In this document: piece by piece, positions 13,468 to 26,949 of the stretch | Layout of the letters: each line of letters begins with the position of its first letter | How positions within the stretch are numbered: the first letter of the stretch is position 1 | The notes under the pieces: model-generated | Databases searched by the model: none | The model's input: the letters and a program-made list of their open reading frames with translations, nothing else | What the model was told of the DNA's origin: nothing | Position numbers and translations under genes: made by a program | Assembly (NCBI RefSeq): GCF_963853765.1 | Contig: NC_088859.1 | Coordinates: forward strand, 15,190,001 to 15,254,000 | From: Magallana gigas | Taxonomy: Eukaryota | Direction of reading: 5' to 3' | Length of the DNA stretch: 64,000 nucleotides

Positions 13468-16400
13468 TCACGTGCCATCTTCCTCCGAATCATCATCAAA
13501 CTGGCCATCCTCGATCTGGGGTTCCGCTCTGTCTTTGGACACTGGCTGTACGTGGATGTCATATGGAAGACACAGGTAATCATCCACCACATACCCTGCC
13601 TCGGCCAGAGTCTTGGGTCGTGGATGCTGGTAGATGTTGTTGAAGTAGTTGTCATCTACAACAAGGATTTCTTAATGAAACAGGACCCCAAAAACTTAAT
13701 CTACAGTTACTCACACCAAAATGTATCAGGTGACTTATTTTAATGGTAAGAGTTATCTCTCCTTTAATCATTATTTAATGGGGAACAACTCTGAGTCATT
13801 ACATTAACTTTATTTGAAAAATGAGTAAATTCCCTCTAATTTACAGTATTTTTTTCCAAACTTACCATACTGAACATTGAAGGGATCCATCACCTCTTCC
13901 AGCTCATCGTCCCAGTTTTCTCCCTCCATTGCTCCTGCAATGGCTTTATACCCATCATCCATGGTATTTGACATAGGTTCAGTAACTAAAATAATAAGTT
14001 CCATAATGCTAGTGTTATCATGGCAATTAATTTATAAACATGAAGTGGTATTTTTTAAAATTCAAAGAAAACACAACCTTTTTTATCTACCTTAATTGAT
14101 GTCTTCAGAAATTTGCATTGATAAAGAAAAGTTGAAGATATATTTTCAATACTTTTATTGTTCTCCCAGATTTTTTTTTAAAAATTCATGTTTGTTGAAC
14201 ATTATACATTTACCCTAAAAAGAAGTAAATGCTTGAGCAAGTATACTTGTCTTAAAAATCAAAGTTGGAGAATCCTCAATAAAAGCAAGAAACTTACCAT
14301 TCCTGGGCTGAAAAATGGGAGGTTCATAATCATCTTCTTCATTTTCCTCCTCTTCCTTTTCACTTTCACTCTCTTCCTCCCCTTTTTCATCTCCCCTGTA
14401 ATACTTCCTGTTCCGAACCTCCAGGAACTTAAAATCGTCCTTACGCACAAACTTTTGTCTCCTCCCTTTCCCCTCGTGAGATCTCCAGAAGGACATTCCG
14501 TGGTCCACAGCATCCCGCAGCAGGTTCTCACTGAATCCCAGGTCCTTGGCTGGGGCTTCAAAGTCCACCCCATCCTCAGATACATCTACCTATCAATTCA
14601 AAATAATAAAAAATCAGAACATCACTTACTGTAAACCAATTTTTATTCGTGACAACTTTATTTGCGATTAACTGCCAATAAACTGGTTTGCGACGACTAA
14701 TGTTAGCGACCAAGCCTTATCCAGACCTGTATTGTTATAAAAACTATAGACAAAGGATTGGTTCGCGGCGAGAAATATTCGCAACGACAAAGCTTTCGCT
14801 AACCTCACGAAAATTTCTTGCACGCGAATAAAAGTTGGTTTACAGTATACATAATGTACTAGATACTGCTGTCCAATGGCATGGATTATACCTCAACATG
14901 TTTAGAAACCTTCTGCACAATTGTTCCTATAAATGTAGATGAAACATGACCATGTCTCTGAGCATTACATAGTCTGGGTAATCATTTTTGAACCGCAATG
15001 CCAAATTTGATCTTAAACTTTTGGGTAGTTGTGTCAAACAGAAACATGACATAGCCAAGGTCTTGTTCAAAAAGGCTCTAATGATATGTTTCTAGACACC
15101 TCCATCTTGCATAGTCAACATATTGATGATTATATCTTACTTAGTTGGATATTCTTTTTTAAATTACCAATACAGTTAAAAAGTTTTGGGAAAAGGCAAA
15201 TGTTTGCAATTGAAGAACAGCAAAACAGACCAAATTAAGATGCCTCCTATCTCATTCAGAAACCTAATACAAAGTAAAAATTAATTTTGGTGATAATACG
15301 TGGACACTAACTGGTAACAACCACAAACCCCTTCATGTCTCAAATTTGTTCATGTAGTACCTTTATGACTTTATCCCCCAACATGGACAAATCTTGCCTA
15401 GCCCTGCCCCTCCAGTTATCCTTCAGTTCTGGGTCTCGCTGGGGGTACTTTGATTGCGTTACGATTTGGGGAACGTCATACCAAGGAATGTTGAATCGAT
15501 TCTGAAATTAAAAAATAGTCACATGACTTTTTTCTGCTTGTAATAACCTGGAATTGGTCAAGAAAATACCTGGTACATGTATTTCAAATCTGAGATTTTA
15601 ATTTTTTTAAGCAATGGCAAGATTTTAACAGACCCAACCCCATACTAGTACTTGATTGATTTTTTTAACAGTGGTGAAAATTTTGATAAATACATACTTC
15701 AAAGTAGTACAGACTTTCATTTTTATATTAAGAAAAATTCATAAATTCACACATCAAATATGGCATTTGGTTATATATTATCATGACAAGTATGATTGTC
15801 TGGAAAATCATTCTCATATAAAAAAAATCACATCATTCAAATTCAAATTAGAAGGCCATGAATCTCCATCAGTAATTTTCAAGCAGCTAATGGAAAGCTA
15901 TCAAATGTAAGTGTTGAAACTTATCACCAAGAAAAAATCTGTTTGAAATTCTACTCTAGGGGTAATGAACTTGCAGCTTTTATAAACCTTGTCACACAGA
16001 AGTCATTACCTCTGACAAGTCCAGTCGAACTAATTGTTTGAAGTTATTCAAAGCATCTGGGATTTCTGTCAACTTGTTGTTGAATAAATCCAATGACTTC
16101 AGACCTGTCAGTTTGTTGAAAGACTGTGGCAGCTCTTCTAGCTAGAGAGGGAGAGAACTTTAGAATAAAATACACAAACAGCTCTAATTTTTCCATAATC
16201 TGACATAGTACCAAAAATCCTTTTTTTTTTATTATGCAATGGTAAATATTCCCATTTAAATTATAATTGTCTTAAGAAAATATTACACCAATATCTGCAA
16301 CCCTTTGCTTTTCATAAAAATCTGCAGCATAAAAGCAAGATGAAAATTGAGCATGCATAAAATTTTCACTGTTCTTGTTTTTAGTGATTTACAGTCTGAA

Positions 16401-17875
16401 AAAAAATTCTTTACATTTTTATGACAATCATTACCAGGTTATTATCGAGACGTAGATCCTCTAGTGCAGAAAGGTCACCAAACTCAGAAGGAAGAATCTG
16501 AATCTTGTTTTTGGACAGTTGGCAGACTTTCAAAGACTTCAGCTTACAGAAAGAGTCTGGTAGCTCATGCAGCGCATTCTGACCTGTAAATAATTTTTCA
16601 AAAATGTGCTTTTAATTATGTGTACCGACACAACATGTCAGTTGAACATACATGTATTTTGAATACCCCAGCCAAACACTTGAACATATTATTATCCTGA
16701 CACACTGAAAATCAAATGAAATACTAAATCTAATTCTTTAGTTTACAAAAACATATTGGAGAGTTTGTTAAAGATTAACCTTCCTTACCCAAGTCAAGGA
16801 ATTCCAAGTTTACAAGATTTCCAAAATTCTCTGGTAATTCCTGAAGCAAGTTTTCATCAAGATATAAAGCACTCAATTTTGTCAAATCACAGAAACTTTC
16901 AGGAAGGTAGGTTAACCAGTTGCCATTTTGGAAGGCTCTTCTCTCCAATTCACCTATACAGCTTCCCAGTTTGAGGGTCCTTATATTGTTCATGCTTCCA
17001 AAGGAATCTGGTAACCTATCCATAAAATTCCCTCCCATGTCTAGGAGGGTGAGCTTGGAACAAGTTGAGCCCATTTTTTCACTCAAGGCACACTTAGAAA
17101 ATTGATTATCACTCATGGAAATTTCCAAAGCCTCCCTCATGTCTGCTAACCAGAGAGGGACATCGGTCAGTTTATTCCGATCAGCATAAAATTTCAGAAC
17201 ACAGTGGGCAGAATTAAAATGATCCGGTAAATTCTCCATATGATTTCCTGAGAGATCCACAACCTCAAGATTTTCGAGATCACCAAAACTATCATGAATC
17301 TTCTCCAGTTTGTTGTTTGACACATTAAATATCTTTAATGACCTTAATTGACCTATGCCCTCTTGAATGACGACAAGGGAATTATCCTCCAATTCCATAA
17401 CCTGAAGTTTTGATAACAACCCAAGAGTAAGCGGAAGTTTTACCAACCTATTCTCATCACAATAGAATATCTTTAGACTCCGAATTTCACCAAAATTATC
17501 TGGAAGCACTTGAAGTTGGTTACCTGTTAATTTCAAAACTTCCAAGTCATACAGATGACATAAGGAGTCTGGCAGAATCTTAAGGTTATTCTCATTCACA
17601 TGTAACTCCTTTAACTGAGACAAGTTTCCTATGCTTGGCGGCAGTTCCGCCAGGATATTCCCCACCAAGGAAAGAACTTGTAGATTTATGCAAACTTCTC
17701 CAAAAGAGGCTGGGAGCTCTTTGATATCATTGAAATCCAACACTAATTTGGTAATATCTGGACCAATCCCATTCACTATCTGAGGGGGCACTCTATAAAG
17801 ATCTTTGGACGATAAATCAAGCACTCCTCCATCAACTTTCTCTCTGTAATCCTCATTGTCTGATGCATCTGCCAT
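13468..17875 (-). CDS. Leucine-rich repeat protein (~702 aa; ~20 SHOC2/PIRL-like LRRs plus an acidic C-terminal region)
   Basis: Seven phase-compatible exons: 17875-16789, 16583-16435, 16141-16010, 15501-15361, 14589-14298, 13985-13866, 13655-13468, totalling 2109 nt including TGA. Repeated LxxLxLxxNxLxxLP motifs continue across exons 1-3. The C-terminus reads ...PQIEDGQFDDDSEEDGT*. An acceptor at 17878-17880 implies a non-coding upstream exon (candidate donor near 19897). Confidence 0.9.
14629..14845. mobile_element. ~217-bp TA-flanked MITE (CTGT...ACAG termini)
   Basis: TIRs ta|ctgtaaaccaatttttattcg ... cgaataaaagttggtttacag|ta, starting 39 bp into the intron from an LRR exon acceptor. Confidence 0.8.
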
Positions 17876-17907
17876 GTCTACAGAAAATTGAATAAGTTAC
17901 GAAAGAT

Positions 17908-18002
17908 TGCCTACAGATAGCTAAGTTAGTAGAGCACCTGACTAAAAATTCAGACAGTCTGAGTTTGAATCCCTATCTGGTCCATTATTATTTCTCCTAT
18001 CT
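17908..18002 (+). mobile_element. tRNA-derived SINE-like head (degenerate A and B boxes)
   Basis: gatagctaagttagtagagcacctgact resembles an A-box (TAGCTCAGTTGGTAGAGC) and gagtttgaatccc resembles a B-box. A related copy is split across 19054-19067 and 19541-19615. Confidence 0.55.
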
Positions 18003-18305
18003 CTTTAAATCTGGGGCCAAGACCAACCCTAACCAATACTGGGTATTATCCTCAGAGGCCCATGAGTTGTTACCTTAAGAATTTATGCCAAATTAGGTGC
18101 TTGGTTAACTTTATAACACTTAATAATAACATAATAGAAAGCACTTCTATATCTTCATATAACTTTACATTATATTCATTATTTTTTTTTCATAATATCT
18201 AGGACTGTAACAAATTTAGGGCCTTTGACAATAACACCTCCCAGGTAAAAGACCCTGCAGTGGGATGTTGATCTTTAACAGTTTAAGGGCTTAGGATCAT
18301 TTAAG

Positions 18306-19019
18306 CAGTGGCGTAGCTAGACCAGAAACGAAGTGCATGCTTTAAATGGCAGGGGGTATGGGGGCTGCATGAGGCCCCCATTGGGTTCAGGGTGAAGCCT
18401 AGTGGGGGTCCAGGGGGCAAAGCAGAAGCTCATGGATTCTGACGATTTTTAACACTAAAAATCATCGCAGAAATTGAAATGAATGCTCACTATTCAAGCA
18501 TATTTTTAGGCAGTTAAAATTGTTTTGGTTATAGTTTAGGCATAAAAGAAAATCACAAAACTTATCAAAAGCTAAAAGAAGAAAAAACTTATGACGATTG
18601 TTTTTGACCCACTCAAAGCTTTAAGTTCATTTTCACCTAGTTTATGGTAATGAATATCTCAATAAAGCTGTGATATTCTATGGGGGTTATTTAAAAAGAT
18701 GTGTAAAACTAAGTTTAAATGCAAAATAAAATCTTTGCTTTATTTAATAGGTACATGCATTGTGTACTGTTTCTTTAATATGGTACAGTAAGACCACATT
18801 GCGTGTCGACATTTGGTACTTATGACGTCTTTGTTTAGCATTGATTCCGGATAAAGTAGGACCGGGTGACGGAAACGGGTTGATGGAATAATTAAGTATG
18901 GACCTTAGTATTTGAATTCTTTTTTTTTCTCTCTTTATTTTTTTACTGAGTTTCTTCCTTTTTTTCCCGAATGATGTGCACGCTCAGGAATATAAGCATT
19001 CATGGTAGCTACGCCACTG
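18306..19019. mobile_element. 714-bp non-autonomous TIR element (hAT-like CAGTGGCGTAGC termini)
   Basis: Perfect 14-bp TIRs CAGTGGCGTAGCTA / TAGCTACGCCACTG, with TTAAG directly flanking both ends. Confidence 0.75.
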
Positions 19020-19067
19020 TTAAGGGCTGGCAGTCAGACCAGTTTGATCACTGGTGCCAGATATCTA

Positions 19068-19540
19068 ACTATACTCTGTCCCAAGATATTTTGGATTCAC
19101 GTTTGGCTTAATTGTTTGATATTTATAAATAACTCAGGATCCAAACGATGTTCATTCAAAAGTATGAAAAATTTCCAAGATTTCTCAGTCAAAACGCCCC
19201 TGTTAGCTTATCAGGTTTTAATACAATGCTAAAAAATGTGATGTCTACGGAGATTTTGCATTGCAGCAAGCCCGGATGATAACGTTGAAATATTGCGCGA
19301 TGTATTCCGAGTGTATTCCGAATGGAGAAAAGATGTAAACATTCCCCATTATAAATCTCCGTAAGGAATCTGTTTTCGTTCCTGTGAATTTTTCCGAGTG
19401 AAAGATGATAATGTGTCAATGAAATTATCTTGGAAAATATCCCTTTCAACTATTTCAATTGCACTTCTTTCACAGGTAAGTGTAATTTTATTAAAAATCG
19501 TCCAAACGTGAATCCAAAATATCTTGGGACAGAGTATAGT
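19068..19540. mobile_element. ~475-bp TIR element (ACTATACTCTGTCCC termini), superfamily unassigned
   Basis: A perfect 43-bp inverted repeat (19064-19106 / 19502-19544), including flank-derived bases. The interior is homologous to 40753-41227. Confidence 0.85.
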
Positions 19541-19959
19541 TAGAAACCCTGACTAGATATTTCGGACGCCTGGATTTAAATCCCAGTCTGGCATGTCATT
19601 ATTTTCCCCATTGCATATTACAATTACAATTACAATGACATCGACTGCAATCAATGTATAGGATAAACAATCATTTTGAATTTAAAAATTGTAGATCTTA
19701 GTTTAACATTTGAAAGCTCCAGCACTTAACTTGTTTCAGTCTTTCATCAAATTGTTTTTCCTACTACATAAAAAATGATGTTTTTTTTTTTAGCACTTCT
19801 CCAACGTACCATATTAAAAGCTAAACAATTTCTATGCACTGCCCATAGCATTTTAAAATAAAATAAGATTGAAGAGTTGTTAAAATATGTACCTACCTGA
19901 TTCAAGATAAAATATACATTCAAATAAGCAATATAGCAGAGTGCAACAATTTCCACACG

Positions 19960-20300
19960 TTTACTCACTGAGTCAGTCTGCACAATGTGCTCCGTGGTCA
20001 GTTTACGGCCGGAAGTTTATGATTACGATATAAACATCTGAAAAAAATAATATAATAAAGAATCATATTCACTATCATTAGTTTTATATCGGTAAAATTA
20101 ATATTTTGTAACATTTTATAACCATGCAAATATAATTGATCACTGTTTGAAGTGATTATAAAGTAAACCCGGAAATTTTGCGACAACCAAAAGACAACAA
20201 TAACAAATTTTAAAGTCTGACAGGTGGCTTGAAACTTTGATATGTTCAAAACTGAATGCATACACAATTTTTGCAAAATTTTGATGATTAGAATGGTAAG
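19960..20300. promoter_or_regulatory. Candidate bidirectional promoter, LRR gene (-) / CCDC57 (+)
   Basis: The genes are divergent. ETS-type CCGGAAGT at 20009-20016 and CCGGAAAT at 20169-20176. Candidate 5' UTR donors flank the region (minus near 19897, plus near 20296). Confidence 0.55.
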
Positions 20301-20454
20301 CTAATAAATCTGAGATGATGTCTATGGAAATTTCATCTTAATTTACCTACATGAAGCAATAACAGCACATTTACTGTGCACTTGACAAGCCTCAACATGT
20401 ATCATTGGGAATCTTGTGTTTGACTTTCAGTGCTCATGATAAAATAGATACATT

Positions 20455-23410
20455 ATGGATACACAAGGGAACTGGAAAGAATTAGCAGCACAGAAAGAAA
20501 GGGAATGGAAAGAAGTAACAGAGTTAAGGTATTATTAATGCCATCATTTTGCAAATATTCTTAATATATTGTATTAACATATATTATATTGAATTCTGTG
20601 GGCATTTTTGTTGGCATTTCGTTTTCAATATTCACTAAAGGATTCAAACATTGGAAGCAGCACTCAGTGGAAAAGAAAAAGATTTGCAAGAGGAGAAAGC
20701 TAAATTTTCTAAACTGAAGGAAGACTTTAAGTACAATCTTAAAGTTTTGGAGGAGCGAGATCAAGAATTGGAGAGATACGATGTTACTTTTTCAGGTAAT
20801 GATGATGTTTTCAATTGATTAAATAAATTTTAAGTATCATTAGCTAGTTAATGTGATATTTTTGCCCAAGTCCATATTCTCTTGAATTGATCAAAAATTT
20901 AAAACATCTTTTTTTTATTGAATTGATAAATCTCATTATCTTTTGAACTGCCTGAGAGGATTTACAGGTAAAATGACTCAGTAAAGTTAAAATAAAACAA
21001 AATATTTTTCACTGCAAGTATGGGATAATGAAACTATAAACATTTTTCTTTGTTTATACAGTTTAAAATTGTCAATCATGGTCTTCCTTGCTATAGACTG
21101 TATGATTTACTAATGATATCATAGTTGAATGAATTCTATTTCATAGAGCTGAAGGCACAATTAAATGTGAAAACTGCCGAGATCAGTGAATTGAAAATTC
21201 AGTTAGATGATGCTAAATCCTCAACAAAGAGAGAAGTCTTGGCTCAAGAAGATCTTCAAAAACATTATCAACATAGACTTAAAGAGAAACAAGCAGAAAT
21301 TGATTCCTTTAAAAGGTATTGTAAACCACCTTTCAAAGACTATTTGTTTACATTCTCCAAACACAGTGCTTAAATTTTGAGTCGTTAGGTAGTGAAAAAT
21401 TATTCTTTTAATGTTGTAAGACAATGAAATAACATCAAAATCTGCCAACAACCACATTTTAAAGTAAAAAAAAAAAATTCTCATATTGTTCTTTCAAATA
21501 TTTGTAGTTTTTAACTTTTTAATTAGTAAAGAGGAAATTTTTAAAGATAGCCTAACAAGAACTTAAAATACTTTAAAAGTGATGTCTTAAAATAAGCTAG
21601 GTCACATTTCTTATTGCTTTGGCAAATATTTTACAAAACAGAAATGATTAATGCAGCTGATATTTATATTCAAATTCATTTGAAGGTATATGTATATTTG
21701 TAGTAAATTATCAAGAGAACAAATCATGATCTGTTATCTTAAATTTACTGATTTAGCTCAAAAGATTCAGAAATTAATCAAGAGAGGAAAGAATTTGAGA
21801 TGTTTAAGAGAAACTTACAGCGACAGCTGAAGCAGGTTGAGGATGACCTGGATACACAAAAAAGAGAACTGACTATAAGTGAGTTAAACAGTGTGTAGAA
21901 TAACTGTTAGTCAGAGTTATATTATGAATTAATGAAAGGGAATACCAAGCATACTAAAACATATTTTGGTTTAATATTTCAGTATCATTTTAAAATCTTC
22001 AAATGTAATTTGTTTTATGATGAATTCAAATGGTATTTAGCATTATTGGAATTGGATGTATTGCATTCTGGGTAGCATGATACTACTTTTTTATTTTACC
22101 AGATTTTGAAGATGCCCTGAAGAAAAGGGAGCATGAATTTAGACTGCAGAAAGATGAAATGAGTGCCAAAGTCCTTGAATATGAGTTAAAGGTAGATTAA
22201 TACATTTTTTTAAAAAAACTTCATAAACTAAACCATGAACACATGTAGATTGTACATGAATATTAAATAAATCATTTTTTGGAATCATCAGATTTCTTCG
22301 AAGTCACAAATTCCATAGGTACACCTTACCAATGAACAAGTGTCCCCTAGAATTGCAACACTGATTTAGACTTGAAAGGAACTATGACTTTTTTTCAACA
22401 ATTAAACTTCATCCGTAAAATCATTGCTACATAAACTTTTAAAATTTAGTCAAACAACAATGACACCCCACCCACCCCTCCCCTTCAAACAAAAGAAAGG
22501 AAATTTATTTTTTTCCTTGCTTGATTTGATCTTGACATTGATCATTTCAGGCAAAGCTTTTAGCCAAAGAGTTGGAAATAATGAGAACCAGCCAAGCGAA
22601 GGAGAGTGAGCAGTTTAATATGGTGGAGAGCAGTCACAGGGACCTCGAGAAAAAGCTGAAGGAGAAGGAGTGGGAGCTGGCAGATGTTACCTCCATGAAG
22701 GATGCAAGGTACATCCACATGTACATGTATATTAATCATTTTTGTTCTACTGGAATTCAACATTTTATTTATTAGAAATGAGTCTTACCAGTACTCTGAA
22801 GTTTTAATTTAAGCTTCTTGCCATCAAATGATTTCCTTGTTGCAAACTGAATCAAACATGCTTTGATAAAAGAGGGATTGATGTGGATGGGGGTTGATGA
22901 CAGGAAATCTACATTGTGGATGAAATTTATTAGTGACTGGTGTCACTATTAAAGTGCTTCGTTTAATGTTGTATTTTGTTCTCAATCAGAATATCAGAAT
23001 TAGAGATCCAAGCACAGCAACTTGAAACCATGATGAATCGGATGAAAGAAGACTTCCAAAGAAAGTAAGAACAGAATTCGGATTTCTAAGTCTTAGTTTT
23101 CATATTCACCAAATGACAGTTAAATTGAGTGACAAAAAACAAAACTGCTTACAGGCATGCAGAGTTAGACAAACTGGCACGTGAAAAGGAAACAGCTTTG
23201 ACAAAGATCAAGGAGGGATATACAGAAAGGGAGCAGTCATTGCAGAGCAATATCAGAGAACTACAGGCTAAACTTGAGGATTGCCAGGTGGAGATGCGGA
23301 AACTAGAGTGGAACAAATCTGATCTGGAAAAAGAAAAAGATCTACACATTGAAAAGTAAGCAAATTATGAATAAGTTTAGTTACCGGTATGCAATGCACG
23401 AAAACTCTCT

Positions 23411-23446
<36 letters not shown>

Positions 23447-26400
23447 TTATAGTGAATATTTCTGTCATATTATTAAACTGCTGCCCCTTTCAGATAGAAA
23501 AAGAAGAATATTTACTAAAAGCTACAAACTCTGCTATATATACTTTTTTATATCTAAATTTTTGTACAGTGTAAAACATTTACAGGGTACTTGTACATGT
23601 ACATGTATGTGTACCAGTATTTTGAAAATATCAGTGTAAAGGAGTTGTAACATAACAATTTTTTTCATAGATTACAAGAGGAGCTATACCAGCAAAAGGA
23701 GAGATGGGAGAAACAGATTGTAGATGTTTCTAGAAGTCAGGTCAGTAAAGATGTGGAACTCCAGCGATTGAGGGAGAATGAAGAAAAACTGAAGTCAGAA
23801 CTTCTACAAAGGAAACAGGATATTGAAAGGTACATGTTTAGCCATAAAGAAGTACATGTAAAAGAAGATCATTTTCTATTTTTTATTGGTCAACATTTCA
23901 CAGTCTGTGACATGGAGACTTATTAACGGTAGTACATCTTAGGATGAAACATTATTGGTCTTCTGCATGAGAGAGCAAAAATATTATATTAGTACATTTG
24001 ATAAAATGTAATAGGAAACTTGGGGTAATCAAGAAATGAATTATGCATGTATCTTGTTTCCAATCGTTTACCGTACCCTAATACATGATATAGATACAAG
24101 AAGGACCTATCTCTTGCTGTGGAGAGAGAGAGGTCCATGGAGCGGAGCCGGACTCAGCTGGAGCTGGACTGGCAGAGGCGGTACGAGGAGAAGGAGTCCA
24201 ATCAGTACGAAAAGTCCGAGGACCTGATCAAGAAACTCGTCAAAAGCAGAGACGAGGTAATCTCAGAATCCACGATTAAATTAGTTTAATTTCATTGCCC
24301 TGCTTGGAGTTTTTACATGTACATGTATATCAAATGGGTTTGTGCCTGTTGGTGAGAGGCCATGCAATTATATATCAAACTTCATTTTTTTTAATTCATC
24401 AATTTGTTACCTGTTATTTTTCTCAAAATATAGAGAAGGGTTTGTACAATGAAGATTATTTTTCATTTGTATACAAATTGAATCTTTAGAGTAAATGTAA
24501 AAAAAAAAAAAAACCACCAAAAATTTTTAAGTTACATTTATTAAGTTTGAAGGTCCAATCATTTACCAGTATTCATGTTCTTCAGATAATGATGATAAAA
24601 ACATTTAATCCTTGTTATATGGTGTAAATCTGTCTACAGGCTCTAGCAACAGTCAAGGAGAGGGACCGAGACATTCTACAGAGAGAAGCCTTGATCAGAG
24701 CCCTACACAGGGAGAGGGAACAGGCCCTAGCCACTCTGAAAAAACATGGCCTCCCTGTCAACAAGAATATCAATGTGAGTTTACATTACCATCCCAAAGA
24801 GAAGAGCTACATTCTAATACTTTACATCTTCACATTAAATTCTCCTTCCGTTCTTTTAATAGGGTTTATTATCACTTATATGTACAGGAGTTTCTGATAA
24901 CTAACGGTGTTGTTTATTTTGAAGTTCACAACTTGGACTTTAAAAATGTAAAGAAGTTGTATCAGTTATTTGTTGCATCTTAATACAGTTGTGAAATATT
25001 CAGTAAAATACCTTTGTAGGTTGATATAGACAAAGTATGGAAGTTTGCAGATCCAGAGGAAATTCTTTCTCTAAAGGAGCAAAATGAGAATCTCAAGTCA
25101 GTAGTCAAAGAAATGCGAACTCAGATGGAAATTCTAGGACAAGAGTTGCCTCCCCCAGAGAAAAATGCAGAACCATCCTCAACAGCTGGAGGTATTATTA
25201 CAAAATACTTTTAAATACCGTAGATATTGCAATGGGTCTCAGCGGGTTTTTTTTTCATATTGGGTATTTATCTTACAAATATGAAATCTATTAATTGTTT
25301 CACCTAGAGTATGTGCAGAGTTTGGAAAACGAGGCCAGGGCACTGCGAAAAAGAAATCGTGAACTTGAGCATGACATGGATACGTACAGGAAGTACGGGA
25401 GAGCACCACCTGTGGCTCCATCTAGTAAAGAACAGGAAGAGGAAGTTCAGGAAGAGGTTAAGGACAACTCGGCTGTTCGCTCTCATATACAGTCTCTTAA
25501 TGATCAGATTGGTGAGTTCAGAGAAAATCTACCTGTATATGTACTTATGGGTATGGAACAGAACAGTAAGGTCACTACCATAATAGAAAATAATGTTACA
25601 CTGAAGTACCAGGGAAAGAACATTAGAGGCTGTAAATGGTAGTTCTTTAAAATGTATTCTTGTTATGGTAAATTGAATTAAATTTTTACAGTCTTTTACT
25701 TAAAGGGATGATGGTTTTAATTTCACTCTGTTTATATTGACGACAGCAGTTCAATCTGTTTTATGAAGATATTGCTTTTGGTAGGTGCACTGAGGTCAGA
25801 AAAAATTGAAATGACAGCTCAACTTAAGAAACAGCAGGCCAGAATTCAGTACTTGGAGGGTATGGTGGAAAAACTTAACAAAGAGGTTTGCATTGTTAAA
25901 AAATTGTCTGTGAGAGGTTTTTGAACTGCAGTAAGATAAGGAATGTGAATATTTATATCATTTTCTGTACTTCAGCTTGTTAATTTTTCCTTCACAGCCA
26001 AGGCAGAAACAAGTTGAAATTGACCAGTTGAAATATGAGTTGAATGCCCAGAGGAGGAGGGACCAATCAGAGATTGGGGCTCTGAACCAGAGAGTGGGTG
26101 AACTGGAAATTCAACTGGTGGAAGCTCGTAAAGAAGCGGATGAATATTACAAAGCTACACTAGAAAGAAACATGGAGGTCACCTCACTACATCAACAGGT
26201 AAAAAAAATATTTTTTAAAAGGAACAAGGAATTTATATTTGTAAACATGGACAGTAAAATTTAATCAAATAGTTATCACACTTATCTAGTAATTTTCCCT
26301 CTATTTCATTTGTATGTGCAGATATCAAGTTTGAAAGTAGAACTTGCAGAAAAAAGACCAGAACTCAATTTTGGAGCACAGGTAAAAAAACTTCTCTGCA

Positions 26401-26900
26401 AACGAAGATGATGCATATACCTGTTCATGTATATGAAAAATTTGCTATTTTATGCTGTTGCTTTGTTATTTTGTTATGTTTATCTTTCTCAGTTTGATCA
26501 TTTAATCTTTTTAATAATGTGATAGGAGTTAGTCATACAGCAGTTACAGGATGAAATTCTGAACTTGAGAAAAGGAGCCACCAATGCCCTAACAGCAGAC
26601 ATTGCTGCCACAAACAACAGTTCTCCTGTACAAGAGCTGAAGAGTAAGCTGAAGCTAGCTGCTAAACACATCGCTCAGCTAGCCAAAGAACGACAACAGC
26701 TGATAGAGATGGGAAACAAGCTACGGGCAGAGCTCAACAAAGCAGGTACTGATAAAGTACTTTATGATATATGGTCATGTTACATGATGCATTGATAAAG
26801 ATTTTGGGAAGGTTATATTGTTGATGACATATGTAGCACTGGCAGTAGGCATCTCTTATTAAATTAGAGTTATGTATGTGATGTTAGACATTAAACTTTC

Positions 26901-26949
<49 letters not shown>

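Noticed and set aside
17916-17975. tRNA gene
   Set aside because: A- and B-box-like motifs are present but degenerate, with no acceptor stem or cloverleaf. A second interrupted copy indicates a SINE-like repeat.
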